From the NCBI GenBank assembly GCA_964016885.1, contig OZ024743.1, positions 248,000,001 to 248,064,000 on the forward strand: a stretch of 64,000 nt of DNA. The letters run 5' to 3'. This stretch comes from Eledone cirrhosa. Its lineage: Eukaryota. How positions within the stretch are numbered: the first letter of the stretch is position 1; the number at the start of each line of letters is the position of its first letter. The translations under genes and the position numbers were made by a program. Below the pieces are notes generated by a model. It was not told the DNA's origin and ran no database searches. It was given only the letters and a program-made list of their open reading frames with translations. Positions 40,061-53,957 of the stretch are shown here, piece by piece.

Positions 40061-40959
40061 CCCTTATGGCGTGCGGCCGATTGTTGCACTTGGTGATGAA
40101 TTGATGGTCGTTTTCGTTTTTATTTCCCCCCTTTTTTCTTTTTTCTTCTTTCTCTCGCTCTCGTCATGTGTTTTGGTGAGTTTTTTTTTTTTTGTTAGGT
40201 TTCTGGCGATGGTTGATTGTATTTGTTATATGCGTTTATATTTGTGTTTATCAACGACATTATATTTGAGGGTTGGACGTCATGCTTTCTAGCATAGTTA
40301 CGTCTCCTTATGGTCTGAGTTCAAATCCCGTCGAGGTTAACTTTGCCTTTCATCCTTACGGGGTCGATAAAATAAAGTACCAATAATGTACTGGGTATTT
40401 GCTGACCTTGTGCCAAAAGTAGAAACAATTATATTTGTAATGTTATTCTGAATGAATTGTGAGCAATTTGTAATGTTATTTATGTATATATATATATTGT
40501 TTAATAAAAGCCTACTACACACATACACACACACTCACATACACACACACACGCACACATATATATATAATACTATTTCACTGGTTTGTCATTGCTCTGC
40601 GGCTATGCTGGGGTCACAGCCGATATTATTGACCCTAGTACTAATTTATTTTAGCGATCTTTATTTGTTAAATAGCGAAGCTACAGGACATAAACAAACA
40701 GTGCCGGTTGTTAAACGGCGTAAACATAAAGATATACAAATAAACCCTACATATACATTATATACATGCACAGACACACACATGAAGACACGTACGCGCG
40801 CGCGCATGCGCTCATATACACCATGGGCTTTCGCACATTTTGCGTCTACCAAATTTCACTTATTGGTCAACCCTAAGCTTTAGTAGAAGACACTTGTTCA
40901 AGGGGATACGCAGGGTAGAAATAGCAGCCAAAATGCCCCTTTGCCTGATGTGACTGCGA

Positions 40960-40994
40960 GAATATACCCGGGCATGGTCGGGTACCTCCGCTAG
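40960..40994 (+). mobile_element. Isolated Helitron 3' terminus
   Basis: TACCCG-ggcatggt-CGGGTA cctccg CTAG|T. Confidence 0.55.
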
Positions 40995-43699
40995 TAATAA
41001 TATAAAATACACAACCATAATCGTCACAGTTTATAAATAACTGTTTCTACTTTTGGCACAAGGCCAGCAATTATTCCAGTGCATTACTGGTACTTTATTT
41101 TATCGACCCCATAAGGATGAAAGGTAAAGTTAACCTCGGCGTTTATAAATAACATACATTTGTTAGTGGTATTTAAACCCAGATCAGCTCTGTCCAAGCA
41201 TATAATTCAAAATGTATTCCTGCCATGACCATCCCATCTGTTTTTAACATTCGTGAGTTTATTGTATGTGTATACATGCAAGTGTGTGTGTAAGTGTACA
41301 TGAGTTTAAGTGTGTAAGTATACGGGAGAGTGAGTGTGTATGTGTACGTGAGTCTAAGTGTGTAAGTATACGGGAGAGTGAGTGTGGACGTGTGTATGTG
41401 TGTAAGTGTACGTGTACATGGTCGAAGCGAAAGTGTGTAAATGTATGTGTGTGTGTAAATGTACGTTTGTCTGTATGTATGTATGCTTGCTTTGAAACGG
41501 TTCTTAGTTGTGTCAACAATAATATTATATATATTAAGACACGCTTAAAAAACACTCACTGTATGCATGAATGCATTCAAGAACATAGATAATTGCTGAT
41601 TTGTCTAAATGAAAAACACACTACATAAAGACATAAAGAGAACGTGGAATATAAGGAAAATATTGGAGGTACAAAGGAGGTAAACAAAAGGCAACGAGTT
41701 AGTTACATTATAAACAAAGGGAAGTGGGAGCAATAATGGAGATCTAGTTGACGATAGGTGAAAATTAAAGTCAGTGAGAGAGTGGATAGTTAATAAATGA
41801 AAAACTAAACAAAATAGATTAATATAACATGAAATTTTGATAATGAAAGCGAGAGTGAGAAAGATAAAAGGTGTGTAGTGTAGAAAAAGTAGGTTTTAAT
41901 GATTTATGAATTGTGGTAGTAAGGAGGTTGATTAACAATTTAGTCTTTACAAAGCAAGCCGGACGTTGAGGTTGTAAGTCCTCCCTCATACACTTGCTCA
42001 CTCGTAAACAAATTATCAAACAGCTGAATATGTCGCCGAGCCGAAGAAAATAAGGGTGACGTTGGTGGGAATAGAGCGAAACAGCAAAAGTAAATGAAAA
42101 CAAAATCAAAAAATGGCTTACTTGTTTAATAGTAAAAAAAAAAGAAAGAACCAGACATAGACTTACCAGCGAACTATTGGGGTGATACTCTATTTCACTT
42201 CTATTCACTTCTAATCCTGTTACATCACTGATGTGTATACAAGAAGTTCGTATTACTACAACAGTGTTTTATAACCGGTGTATTTATAAACGAAACGTAT
42301 GTTGTTTACAATATGCGTTTTCTTCCTAGGTTTTTTTTTCTATCAAGTTTACTGTTTTCTGTGATGTCTAAATATTGAATAAATAAAGGTATATCTGTAT
42401 CTGCTTGTTAGCGTGTGCTACTGTCTTTTTTTGTTTTAATCATTATTTATTACTTCCTCACAAAAACAAGAAACTCAGTGAGAGAAAGAGAGAGAAACAA
42501 ACAGAGAAGGAGAAAGTGTGAGGGAGACTGTTGTTCTATTATACAAAGCTCCGCCTTCCACGTTGTTTCTCGCTCCGCCCATCTAATGTATAGTTTACAT
42601 TTTTTCTTTTCTTTTCACGCCAGCTACTTACACACTGTTTATTTTGATATCACTTACTAAGGGGAAATAACTCCTACCTGTAGAAGCCAACGAACGAGCC
42701 TCAACACACTAGAAATAACAGTAACTTCCTTAAATCATGCCATACCGCCTTACAAAAATACACTGGATATTATAGTCGTTAACACATCACGCTGAAACGT
42801 TTTTGATCGTAGTAGATTTCCTTGTTTATGGTCACTTCCAGCAACTCCGAATTCTTTCGACAAGTTAAAATAAACAAAGAAAGAATACGAAAGCATTGAT
42901 CAAGTAATATTTCACCCTGATGATGTTATGTAAAAACAAGACATTAGTTCAGTGGTTCTCAATCTTTTCACTACCAAAGACCCCTTTTATTTAAATGAAT
43001 TTTCCCCCGGACCATTTTTATTCATAAGAATGTTCCTGTGGATCCATCTCCGCCTTCCACTGGGCTGTTTTAACAGCCAGTATCGATAGAGGGTCGGACG
43101 CCATGCTCTGCAACATGGAGTTACGGCCCTTTACGGTCTGAGTTCAAATCCCACCGAGGTTAACTTTGCCTTTCATCATTACAGGGGTCGATAAAATAAA
43201 GTACCAGTAATACACTGGGATAATTGCTGGCATTGTGCCAAAAATAGAAACAATTATAGACATTCGAATTGTCTTAACAACATTATAGACATCTGGACAA
43301 AGCAATGCACTAAGGACCCTACCTGTACAGTCATTCAAAACCGTAACAATTTTCTTTATATTAAATATGTTTTGTGTTTAGTCCTTCATTGTGATTTAGG
43401 GTTTTATAGTATCAGTATGCTTACGACAAGGCCTAGATATTTAAAAGTCCGACTTCCATAATGAATAATACCTTTCTTTCGTTATACTTCAGTATCTTTT
43501 TTTCTCAATTACCTCTCCTCTATCTCCTCCAGTCGCGCTCTCGTCAGCGAGGTTCTCAGCCAGACGGCCGAACCTGACCTGGAAGAGGTTCTGGTCTACT
43601 GGACAAGCGAAGGCCTCTCTATCTCCTAGTATACTACGTTCCAATGTAACTGGGGCGACATCAATTGCAGGTCTTCTGTGAGGCGGATCGAGTCTGGCT

Positions 43700-44420
43700 T
43701 GGACCAACACTGCCTTGCCTGCCTCCGGTCCGCTTCTCAGCCCAACAGCGGCGCGTAGCTCAATTCGGTGCCCTCCTTATCAACCGGTACTCTTCTTGGT
43801 GATGACTGCACTCGCATTGGAGTAGCCCAACGCCTTGGCCTCCGCGTGTGTGAGCCACATAAATGCCGATGTGGGGTGGTTGTTGACAAGTGCGGCCTGC
43901 ACCCTCTGTCTTGCCGCCAGAGCGCAGGCCGGTTCCCCCAACACGCTGCTCTCAACAACATACTGAGAAGGAGCCTGGACGCAGCTGGCTTTCCATCTCA
44001 ACTGGAGCCAGCTAGCCTTGACCGCGGAGATGGCAAGTGCCCGACAGAATCACCCTCTTCTCATTCGATGGAGGTATACTCCTCATCTGGGACGCCACTT
44101 GCTGCGACACGTTTTCTTCCTCCAGCTTAGTCGCTTCAGCCACAAACTCCGGCATCACGGCCAGCCTCGCAGAAGAACGTAAAATAAACAAATACCGGGG
44201 ACTGTCTGGCCGCTTCCTTTTCGCACCGGTCACTGTCGAGACCTCAGGCGTACTTGGACCCCGTACAGCCGAGCTCCTCCGCAAGTTCGGAACGTAGGCG
44301 GCCCGTCTGTGGAAACATTCCCACGAGGTTGGGTGTCTGTTGCAGTGAGTGTCGCTGGCGATTGTCTGCGGGAATGCTTTTGCGGTCTTGTCCGCGGGGC
44401 ACAGCCCCTCTGCCCCCATG
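43700..44420 (+). pseudogene. CRE-clade LINE RLE fragment
   Basis: HKCRCG..D.CGLHPLSC..GRFPQH..LN, DGKCPD, WDATCCDT, AEERKINKY, PVTVETSG. Confidence 0.85.
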
Positions 44421-44829
44421 TCCTAGGCCCAATGCTCAATCACCCTCCCCCTTCACCTCTGCACTCTTTTCTGAGACACCAGAGTTCTTGCCATCCCCTT
44501 CCCGTTTTTTTTTCTTTCTTTTTCACTTTTTTCTCTATATTTTCCTATTTTTTTCTTTTGTTTCAATTTCTTTTTATTATTATTGCTGTTATTGTTGTTA
44601 TTATTATGTATATATTGTTGTATAAATAACATTACAAATATTGATGGAAATATGAAAGAAAAAGGAAAAAAGGATAAAACAAAACCAAGCAACGAACGGG
44701 GGTGAAGGGGTAAAGAAGGGCAGATCTAACTGTATAGGAAAGTAGAAGGACTATAAATGCCACAAATGAGAGGAATAATGACTATGAGGCCATGGAAGAA
44801 AGGGAAGGGAAGGGGAGAGGGTGATAGGC

Positions 44830-45860
44830 TCTATGCCTGGGGCGAGAAGGTATTTGGACCGCGCCCCGCGGACAAAATTGCAGTGGCATTTCCGCGGACA
44901 ATGGTCAGCGACACCCGCTGCAACAGCGCTACCCTACCTTGCGGTGTTCCTTCCTCAGACGGGCTGCTGACGATCCCATTTTACAGAGGAGTTGGGCAGT
45001 ACGGAGTTTGATGACGCCAGAGGTCTCGACGGCGACCAGACATTGAACGGCAAACGAATTGAATTGAGAATGTCGAAAACAGCCATAGAGGAGTGAACCG
45101 AGTAGGTCATCTTGCTGGTCATAGTGACGTCAAGTTCGCTAAGGCGTCCCGCGTAAGTATGACACGGTGCACTGCGCATCGAAAAGAGAAGTTTAGAGAG
45201 AGTGAAGTAGTTTCTCGGGAGAAAGAACACAAGATACGTATCGATGAAGCACAATCTGTCCGTCATTCTCTCCAAGTCAATTAGTTTGGCCTCCAAGCAC
45301 ACTCGTATGGCTTTCAAAGGAATTAGAAAGCTAAGCATGTAAGCATCGTGAGGTAACTCATACCTCAGTCAGAACGGATCGAATGATGTGTACGGCGTCA
45401 TTATATTGAGTTTTGCTCTAACTTACGTTTATTACCTCTGACTTGAACTAGTTAATCTCTAGTCATCCAGTATCGCGTCATTCAGGTACCAGACATCGAA
45501 CGGCAAACGGATTGAGTTGAGAATGTCGAAAATAGCCATAGAGGCGTGGACCGAGAAGGTCATCTTGCTGGTCATGTGTGCCGAGTGTGATGATACCGCC
45601 AACAACGATGAGCATGCTGGGTGTTACCGTAAAAGAGGTTTGTCAGATGGAGTATCGACGGAGCCCAGATCAAACATCTTTAGGATATAGTCGCGTATAA
45701 AGTTATTAAAGGCATTTTGCGAGTCCAATTTTACGAAGAGGTTAAGTGACGATTGGGGTGAGGTACATGATCAGAGACATTCTAGCTATAATCGTAATAG
45801 GCATACTCAACCAGAGCTAACCTGGATTCAGGACCACCGTATCATTAGGCTAACTTGACA
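44830..45860 (-). pseudogene. Degenerate CRE-clade LINE (RT remnants + C-terminus), tail-to-tail with the previous copy
   Basis: KLDSQNAFN, QQDDLLGP, VWYLND, then LQRVSLTIVRGNA; internal duplication 45037-45122 / 45488-45575. Confidence 0.65.
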
Positions 45861-48247
45861 GTTGTTTAGGGCGCAAACATTAGAAAGGTGCATTATTGAA
45901 TCTTAAAGGGTCATGGCTTTATACAAATTTATATATTTAACTTAAATATATAATAATTTTCTGCGATCGCTAAATAAATCACTAAACATCTTTGCCGCGA
46001 AACAGCGTTGTGGAAATATCCAGTGGTGGAGAGGGTCGTATGGTGTTATGACCTGTAATATGATTTGGTGTGGGTGAGTGGCGACTGTTGTAGAAAATAC
46101 AGGTTTAAGAATTTCCTTAATGTCGTCAGAGCAAGAAATGTGAAAAAAAAAATAGGTTTAACAGCTTATCAAAATAAGTTGAAATTATTTTATTTGGGAG
46201 AATGGGGCGCATAATTGGGAGAAGGGGGTGCACATTGTAGATCAAGCCTAGGGTGCTAAATACACAGACACCGGCTGTGTTTATACGCATTGTATTTATC
46301 TGCTATCAGGAAGTTGTTATGGTTGTAGTTTAGCCTCGGGTAAGCTTTGGTTGAGTACACCTATGATCAAAGACATTCTAACTATAACTATAATAGGCAT
46401 GTTGCAGTAATTTGAACTCTTGACAAAGTAGGTCAGTGTGACCACATACTGGCCTTGTAGCACATATATGTTCAGTTCTTCTTTCTCTCAAACAGGCGCT
46501 AATTAGTCTGGAGAAACTGGCCCACAAAAGATGTTTTGAGATAACATTGTGACAGTTGCAGAGTTTATACCGACCAGCTAAGATGTAGTAGTCAACTCCC
46601 CCCCCCCCCTCTCTCTCTCGCTGCCAGGCCAATGAAATTCATCGCATTAACAGACGTTTGGTAAATACATTTTTAATAATATCTTCACAAGCAAATATGC
46701 ATACATATCATACCTGCTACACAACATCACACAATTCAGCTGTGGTTATTTGTTCTTCATGCATTGTCGTATAACTTCGACGAAAGCTGTATTTAATAGA
46801 TTAGTAACATAACGTCATTGTGTTATTGTGGTCGATATATTTTATTTCCTATTTGGTCAAGGTTAATCACTTACCCAATGATTCATCATCACCATCATAA
46901 TGAACACTTACTCACTTATTTGCACACCCGTGTTCTTTGGTCACACTGTATCAGGCAAATCAATCTTCTTTCGCCTACATTCTACACAGCATTGATCACA
47001 CAAATGCGCAACAACCGACCCAACACCACAACACAACACCATCAGTCACACTATACAAGGAGCCGCTACATGCCTACTGAATCAAGGCTGACTTAGGGCT
47101 AAACAATAAACCCCTATACACAGGGCCGATCGGAAGTGGTGCCATTCAATGGCATTTACTAGGCGTCACACTACTAAAAAAAACAAAAACAGATTGCATA
47201 ACGCAATTCCATATTATATACGATATGTAAGGTTGTATATATGTTGTGCCTGTAACAGTGAGTTGTCTGATATACATATCAATGGAAACAGCTTGCCTCA
47301 TTCAATAGCTATTGTGATGTTTGGTGATATTGTAATCATTTTCAGTGCTGATCCCTCATTACTCCAGAGTAACGCATTCACCATTCTGTCCTCCGGGGCT
47401 ATGAAACAACATCTGGAGAATTTGGGGGGAAACTTTTGATGGAATTTTTTAGAAAGTTAAATGAAATTTTGGCGAAATATTTAAAGATTTTGCGAAGTTC
47501 TTTGAAAGATTTTCGGCGAACGTTTTAGAAGTAGTTTGAGAAACTTTCGAGAAAATTGTTTTGGTGAAAGTTTTTATGAAAATTTTGGGAAAATTTTATG
47601 AAATCTTTTTAGAACTTTTTAGGGAAAATTTTACTGAAAATTTGGAGTTAGTCGTAATAATTTAAATATAAGTACCCAACAAAAACATGATTAATTAAAC
47701 TTATTTCCTTCTGTTTTTCAATATTTACAAAAAATTTTGGAAAAATATCTAAAAAAAGAAATCTTTGCAGTAATTTTGGGGAAAACCTTTTACAAAATAT
47801 TTGGGGGAATGTTTAATAAAATTTGGGCTAAAACTTTTAATTAATTTTGCAAGAGATTTTATGGAAAATATTTGATCAAATTTTGGGAGAATCATTCCAA
47901 AGCACTTTGATGAAACTTGAATGAAAATTCTGGAGAATTTTGGGTGAAACTTTCGAGAAAATTTGAAAAAATGTTTTGGTGAAAGATTTTATAAACACCC
48001 GACAAAAACATGATTGCCTCCCTCCCTTTTTTTCTTATATTTTATGCTTTTGTGTATTATATTTGATATATTTTTGTGTATCGTATTTGTTATATATCTA
48101 TATGATGTTTCTCAAAGGATATGGGCGTAATGCATGTGCTTTACATACATGTCTTTAAATTGGGAGTGCTTTTATGTTTTAAATTATATTTACACTCTCT
48201 TTCTTCTATAACATTGTTAACATCTCTTTATCGAAACTTATCACTCG

Positions 48248-48354
<107 letters not shown>

Positions 48355-51300
48355 TAGTGTACATGATGCATTTACAAATAACAGAACAGAATAAAAGAAC
48401 TACAACTTGAAGCTAATGAGTCCCCTCAAAATTGTAGGTCTGTTCCAACAACTGGCCCACCTGCCATCCCTCTTCTTGCCTGGCCTGAGTATAGTACTAC
48501 GATAATAAAATATTTAGCGTTGGACTCATGAAAATGTGGCGAGTGAAACATGTTAGTCTTCTTACTAAGTTATTCCGACACAATACCTTCTATCTACACT
48601 GCATTTTCCGGTATGTCTTCATTTTTTTCAGACAGTGGAGTATGCTTTGATGAAAATTTGGCTTTCATTTCTAGCACGTGGATCGAACACATAGCAGACC
48701 CCAAACGGGGAGTACCATGAAAAAAAGTGTCCCAAAACGGGGAGAAATGAGACAAAATGGGGAGATTTTGCATAATGAAAGCTATACACATTTTCACAAG
48801 AGAAGACATATCTCACCCAATCAAAGTGGGTGGGAGATCCCGCCATAGAGGCTTCTATTGTGAAAACAATACAAGAAGCAAACAAATCTTATCTGACTGT
48901 TCTTGTATTACAATCAACATTATTCATAGGAGATTATCTGAAAACGAAACAATAATATATAAAGAAAACAAGATAGATATGTAACCAGATAGCTATGTAT
49001 GCAATGGTATACTCAATAATTACTGGTGATTATAATACAATCTTCCTTGATTTAAGAAGTTTCTACATTGTACATCTTTAATAAATATTTTAGGGCGCCT
49101 TATGGCGGATTTTATTACTCTTTTCTAAAATGTGTCTTAATTGTTCAGGACTATTGGTTGAGTGACCAGGCCATTACCTTCCTTTTGGCGTTACATGAAT
49201 ATCGACAATACTGGGCTGGATGTTTGTGCTATTGATACTGTAATTAAAATCTGGAATAGTATTAGAAGTAGGTTCATTTTGAATGGAAGTAGGGCGGTAG
49301 ATTGGTAGTAGCGGTAACGCGTCGATCAAAATGCTCTTTACGTTCTGAGTTCAAATCCCGCTAAGGTCAACTTTGTCATTCGTCCTTTCAGAATCGATAA
49401 AATAAAATGCCTGTTAAGTCCTTGGGTCAATATAATCGACTTTCCCTTCCCCCAAATTGCTGGTTTTGAACTAATGTTAGTAAGAATTATGAATGGAAGT
49501 GCTGCCACTTCGAATTCCAATATTATCTGATTATCATTTCGGTTGTAGTTACATACTTATTTCCGCATCTTGGTGCGAAATGGTAGATTCCTGACTTATG
49601 GCTTTGTAAAATAAAGTATATTGTTTACTGCGATTAATTCTATGGGTGTTGTTAATTTCTAAATTAGGCACAAAGCCAACAAATTTGGGAGAATGGCAAA
49701 GTTAATTAAATCAACCTTAGTACTGGACTGATACTTTATTTTATCGAGCCTGACATATTGTTCTTTTACAGATAAAGCAGGCAAATTTTTAAACGTATAA
49801 CGGAATACTCCTATATTTTACCGGCGAAGATTCAAAACCGAATCTGAGGTCTCTCGCCTCTGGGACTAACCATTATTGGAAAGTTCCCACCATTGTCCTG
49901 TCAAGACAGCGATGATAAACGTACATTCCACTTGACCTGTGACCCCAGCTTCTTGGGAGACAATAACTACATGGCTGATCATAAATCAACCTCATATATC
50001 CATCCTTCTAACTATAAGGTTATCATAAATACAACGACTTAGGAAACCCAAGGAGAGACCCGAAGCAGCAGTCAGCCAGTGATAACGATGTAGGCATCAG
50101 TAGACCTTTTACCCTTTCTCTGTCCTGGCCCTTACTGGCTTCCACCTTCTCGGCCACCGACACAGCCAGACAGCCAGCCATGCCTGCCTGACAGATTGAC
50201 CACTACTACTACTACTACGACAATAATGTATTCTAAGAATAGGCACACACACACACACACACATAGTAAGTTCATATTGTTTACATTCTATGCTTCACCT
50301 ATTCTTTCGTCTCTGACATATTGTATCTGGAAGATACAACACATGCATTTACACTAACTCGTAGAAGTTAGTAAGCAATTTAATGTACGGATAATTCATG
50401 TCATAAATATTATTATTCGATGTTCAAAGTGAATATTGTTATTATAAAATAAACATTGATAACAACTCAATCATGGCATTATTCTTTTCATCAAACTACC
50501 ATACAAAGAATACCACTTATCCGCTACAAACGTGTTATATTATTTCGCTGTCTTAATTATTTTCTTTTAAAATATTAAATCACTTGACATTCTTTTCTTT
50601 TTTTTAAAGCACGGTTAAAGCAACATAATTTATGAAATTTTAAATCGAAGCACCATGTTACAACCCTGGAAGTATTACAGGCAAAGTTGACCTCGACAGG
50701 AGTTGAACATAAAGAGCCGGAACAAACACTTCTACGCATTGGTCCGACGCTCTAATGATTCTGCCAATCCACCGCCCTTAGTTGAGAAAATTTAGCAAAT
50801 TACCCATAACAGTTTAGCATTTATAATACTCTATATTTACTGTTGTATTTTCACATAATATCGAATCTAAGAGATTTTGATATTATTTATTTTGCGAACA
50901 ATCCTTAACATAAGTATGAGCAGTCGGTTATGGCCGGTTTGAGCAGAAAGGGGTGAGAGAATTCTGGCCGGATACAGCCGGTTTAAATGTTAAAGGGTTA
51001 AATATGGGAACAATAGAAGCGCCTACAAGGAATCGAACCCCATGTCTCTCGAATACTATATAGGTTACATTAATTATTCATATTTAGAATCCTGCATCAT
51101 TCTTTTCAGAATCAGTCTTTCCAGGGTCAAGTAGCAACGAAATTAAGGAGGTTCTGGGTGACGTATTTCGATCGAAATGATTTGAAGAAACGTTATTGCA
51201 ATACTGGACATGAAGTATTGCAATGATTTGAAGAAACCTTGTCTCAAAACCGTGTTGTTCAGTACTTTGATGTCTGGCCGCGGCATCCATAAGGATGAAC

Positions 51301-51931
51301 GGGTACACTGGTTCTCAACTGACTCTCACTTTTTGCTCTGGGACATTTTTCAGCCACACTTTAATAACTGCTTCTGCTGACAGGTTATACTTAGTGAGAG
51401 GCTAGAGCTTGGAGAGGAGATGAGCATCAGCAAATATTTCTAAGCCCCATTAAAATGCCATGATGGACACAGTCAAATGTCCAGAGTGGCATTCAGTGGT
51501 GTAACTAGAGTGCGTGCAGCCCGGAGTAGCCCTTGAGTTTGCAGCTCCCTGACCCGCATAGTCTATGCAGGCTTATAATAACAGACCCAAAGGTACTGCC
51601 CTCATAAAGGTGTCACTCGGAGCAGACTGTCCTCTCAGTGGCTGGCTGCACCAGATACGGGAACTTAATTGATTTATGCGTTGTGCAGCCGGTAGAAATG
51701 TTACATGAGAATATAAATCAAAAGCAGCACGCCAGTTCTCATGGTGTGAATAGCAAATGAATTAACGATCCACACACACACAATTGTACCATCAAATTAG
51801 TGTATGAATAGGCCTGTCATCCCTGGTGGAGAAGGGCGCTGTAGTAACATACAGCATATCTTGGGCAGTTTTCAAACCTGGTGAAGCCCATCTTCTCTCC
51901 AGGTTTGAACACAGCCGATTTCTTCTCTAGA

Positions 51932-51993
<62 letters not shown>

Positions 51994-52697
51994 GTGAAAA
52001 AGAAATATAGAGAAGAAGAATCAGCCACAGTATTGGAGTGATACCATTTCGTTTTCATCGACCCAGAAAGGATAAAAGGCAAAGTTGACATCGGCGAGAT
52101 TTGAACTCAGAAAGCTAACCAATATTGCAAAGCATTCTATTCGATGTTCTAACGGTTCTGACAATTCGCTGCACCATCAAATTATTACAGTTCTTCTACT
52201 AAGATTATTATGGTACACTTAGCTTTGTCTTCAGCTGGTTGAGATTTAGAACTTTTTCATATTTCTGGCCAAGATTTTTTTTTACTGGATGACTCAACTG
52301 CGATAACAACAATAATTATCATCGTAACCATAATAGCGGTTGGTTTAGAACATCTCTTATTTGCCATTCACATTGATGATGATGACGGGGGGGGGGGATG
52401 TAGACGAGGATATGGCGGGGCGGATGAATGATAATGATCAAAGTAGATTGAAGAATATAACGTTCCAATTCAAGCAAATTTGTAATTCACCAAAGACTCT
52501 TTTTCTCTCTACAAAACAAGATAGACTCGCCCTTTCATGCCACAAGTCTATTCGAAGGGAAGTTAACTAGTTCTCTCATGTTACTTAACAATAACAATAC
52601 CGGTAAACTGGCGGTGTTTACTCAATTGGAGCAAATCTCCTGGTGTTTGAGAAATCGTTCTGACAGTGCGTGATATGCATACGTTTAACTAGCTACC

Positions 52698-52766
<69 letters not shown>

Positions 52767-53065
52767 TAGTTATGTAATAAACAACATAAGATAATTATTT
52801 CATTTACCAGTGGTTTCTTGAAGGCAGATATTTATATCTGTCTTCAGTCGTCAGAATGAATAAATAACATGGTGTTTTCAAATCCATATTTAATAAAGAC
52901 ACCATGTTATTTATTCATTCTGACGACTGAAGATATAAATATCGGCCTTCAAGAAACCACTGGTAAATGAAATAATTATCTTATGTTGTTTATTACATAA
53001 CTAATAAACTCAGCCTACACAGAGCACTCTTTTTTCATGTACCTTTCCGACGGAAATACTTCATT

Positions 53066-53068
<3 letters not shown>
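52767..53068 (+). mobile_element. Fold-back micro-element with two mirror HHRs in (TA)n
   Basis: Arms 52767-52879 and 52897-53003; long (TA)n on both sides. Confidence 0.85.
52914..52971 (+). ncRNA. Intact type I HHR (mirror copy 52799-52860, -)
   Basis: TTCATT-CTGACGA-cTGAAG..CTTCAa-GAA-ACCA c TGGT-A^AATGAA. Confidence 0.85.
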
Positions 53069-53137
<69 letters not shown>

Positions 53138-53150
53138 ATATATATATATG

Positions 53151-53255
<105 letters not shown>

Positions 53256-53263
53256 GTATATGT

Positions 53264-53357
<94 letters not shown>

Positions 53358-53361
<4 letters not shown>

Positions 53362-53940
53362 CATGTATCCCAGTACAACCTGTCTCATGGTCGGGTCGTT
53401 GGCGACTAAACTGGCAACCCTACCAAGGTTTCTTGGTGAGGAGGGTGACTTTGGACATCCTGCAGGACTAAAAACAAAACCTGTCAAAGGGCAAAGGAGC
53501 TCTTAAGAGTCAATGGCCATCCAAAATCACTGGGAGAGATGACCCCTTAGCCTTTGTCAAGGCAGAATTCTAGGAGAAGGAAAACTCTGATATAACACCT
53601 GCAACCCTGATGGTATCCAATGATGTTGACTTGTTCTTCTTTTTGGTAAATATCATCTTGGTTAAGAGAGTGGGACTGGCTTTGTGCAGTGCCTTTGCTC
53701 ACTATAAAAGCTTCACGGCACAGGCATTTCTTTATATCTGGAGATCTCTCTGCACTTGTCGTCACATGGTACCATGGGCCCAGCATTATGTGTCAATGAT
53801 TGTGAAGGGTGTAGTGTTTGTACCAGAGTTTTTCAAGTCGCTGGCTGGACTAAAAATCACACTCGTTCAGCGCATCGGTAAGGGTTCTCCTACATGGATG
53901 TAAAGTAGTGGCCGTACTCGAAAACGAGTTGGCAGCCACC
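53358..53940 (+). mobile_element. ~600 bp non-autonomous RTE-type retroposon, second copy
   Basis: See 15417-16020; (GTAT)n on both sides; diverged relative at 31070-31210. Confidence 0.75.
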
Positions 53941-53957
53941 GTATGTATGTATGTATG

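Noticed and set aside
49760-50045. Possible host exon after ttgttcttttacag
   Set aside because: Stops in all frames shortly after the acceptor; no recognisable protein
51250-51490. Very old LINE RT remnant (-), TFDCVHHGIL
   Set aside because: A single weak motif, too degenerate to call
53358-53420. HDV-like ribozyme at the 5' end of the 600-bp retroposon
   Set aside because: P4, CTAA and a P2-like pairing are visible, but P1 and P3 could not be built by eye
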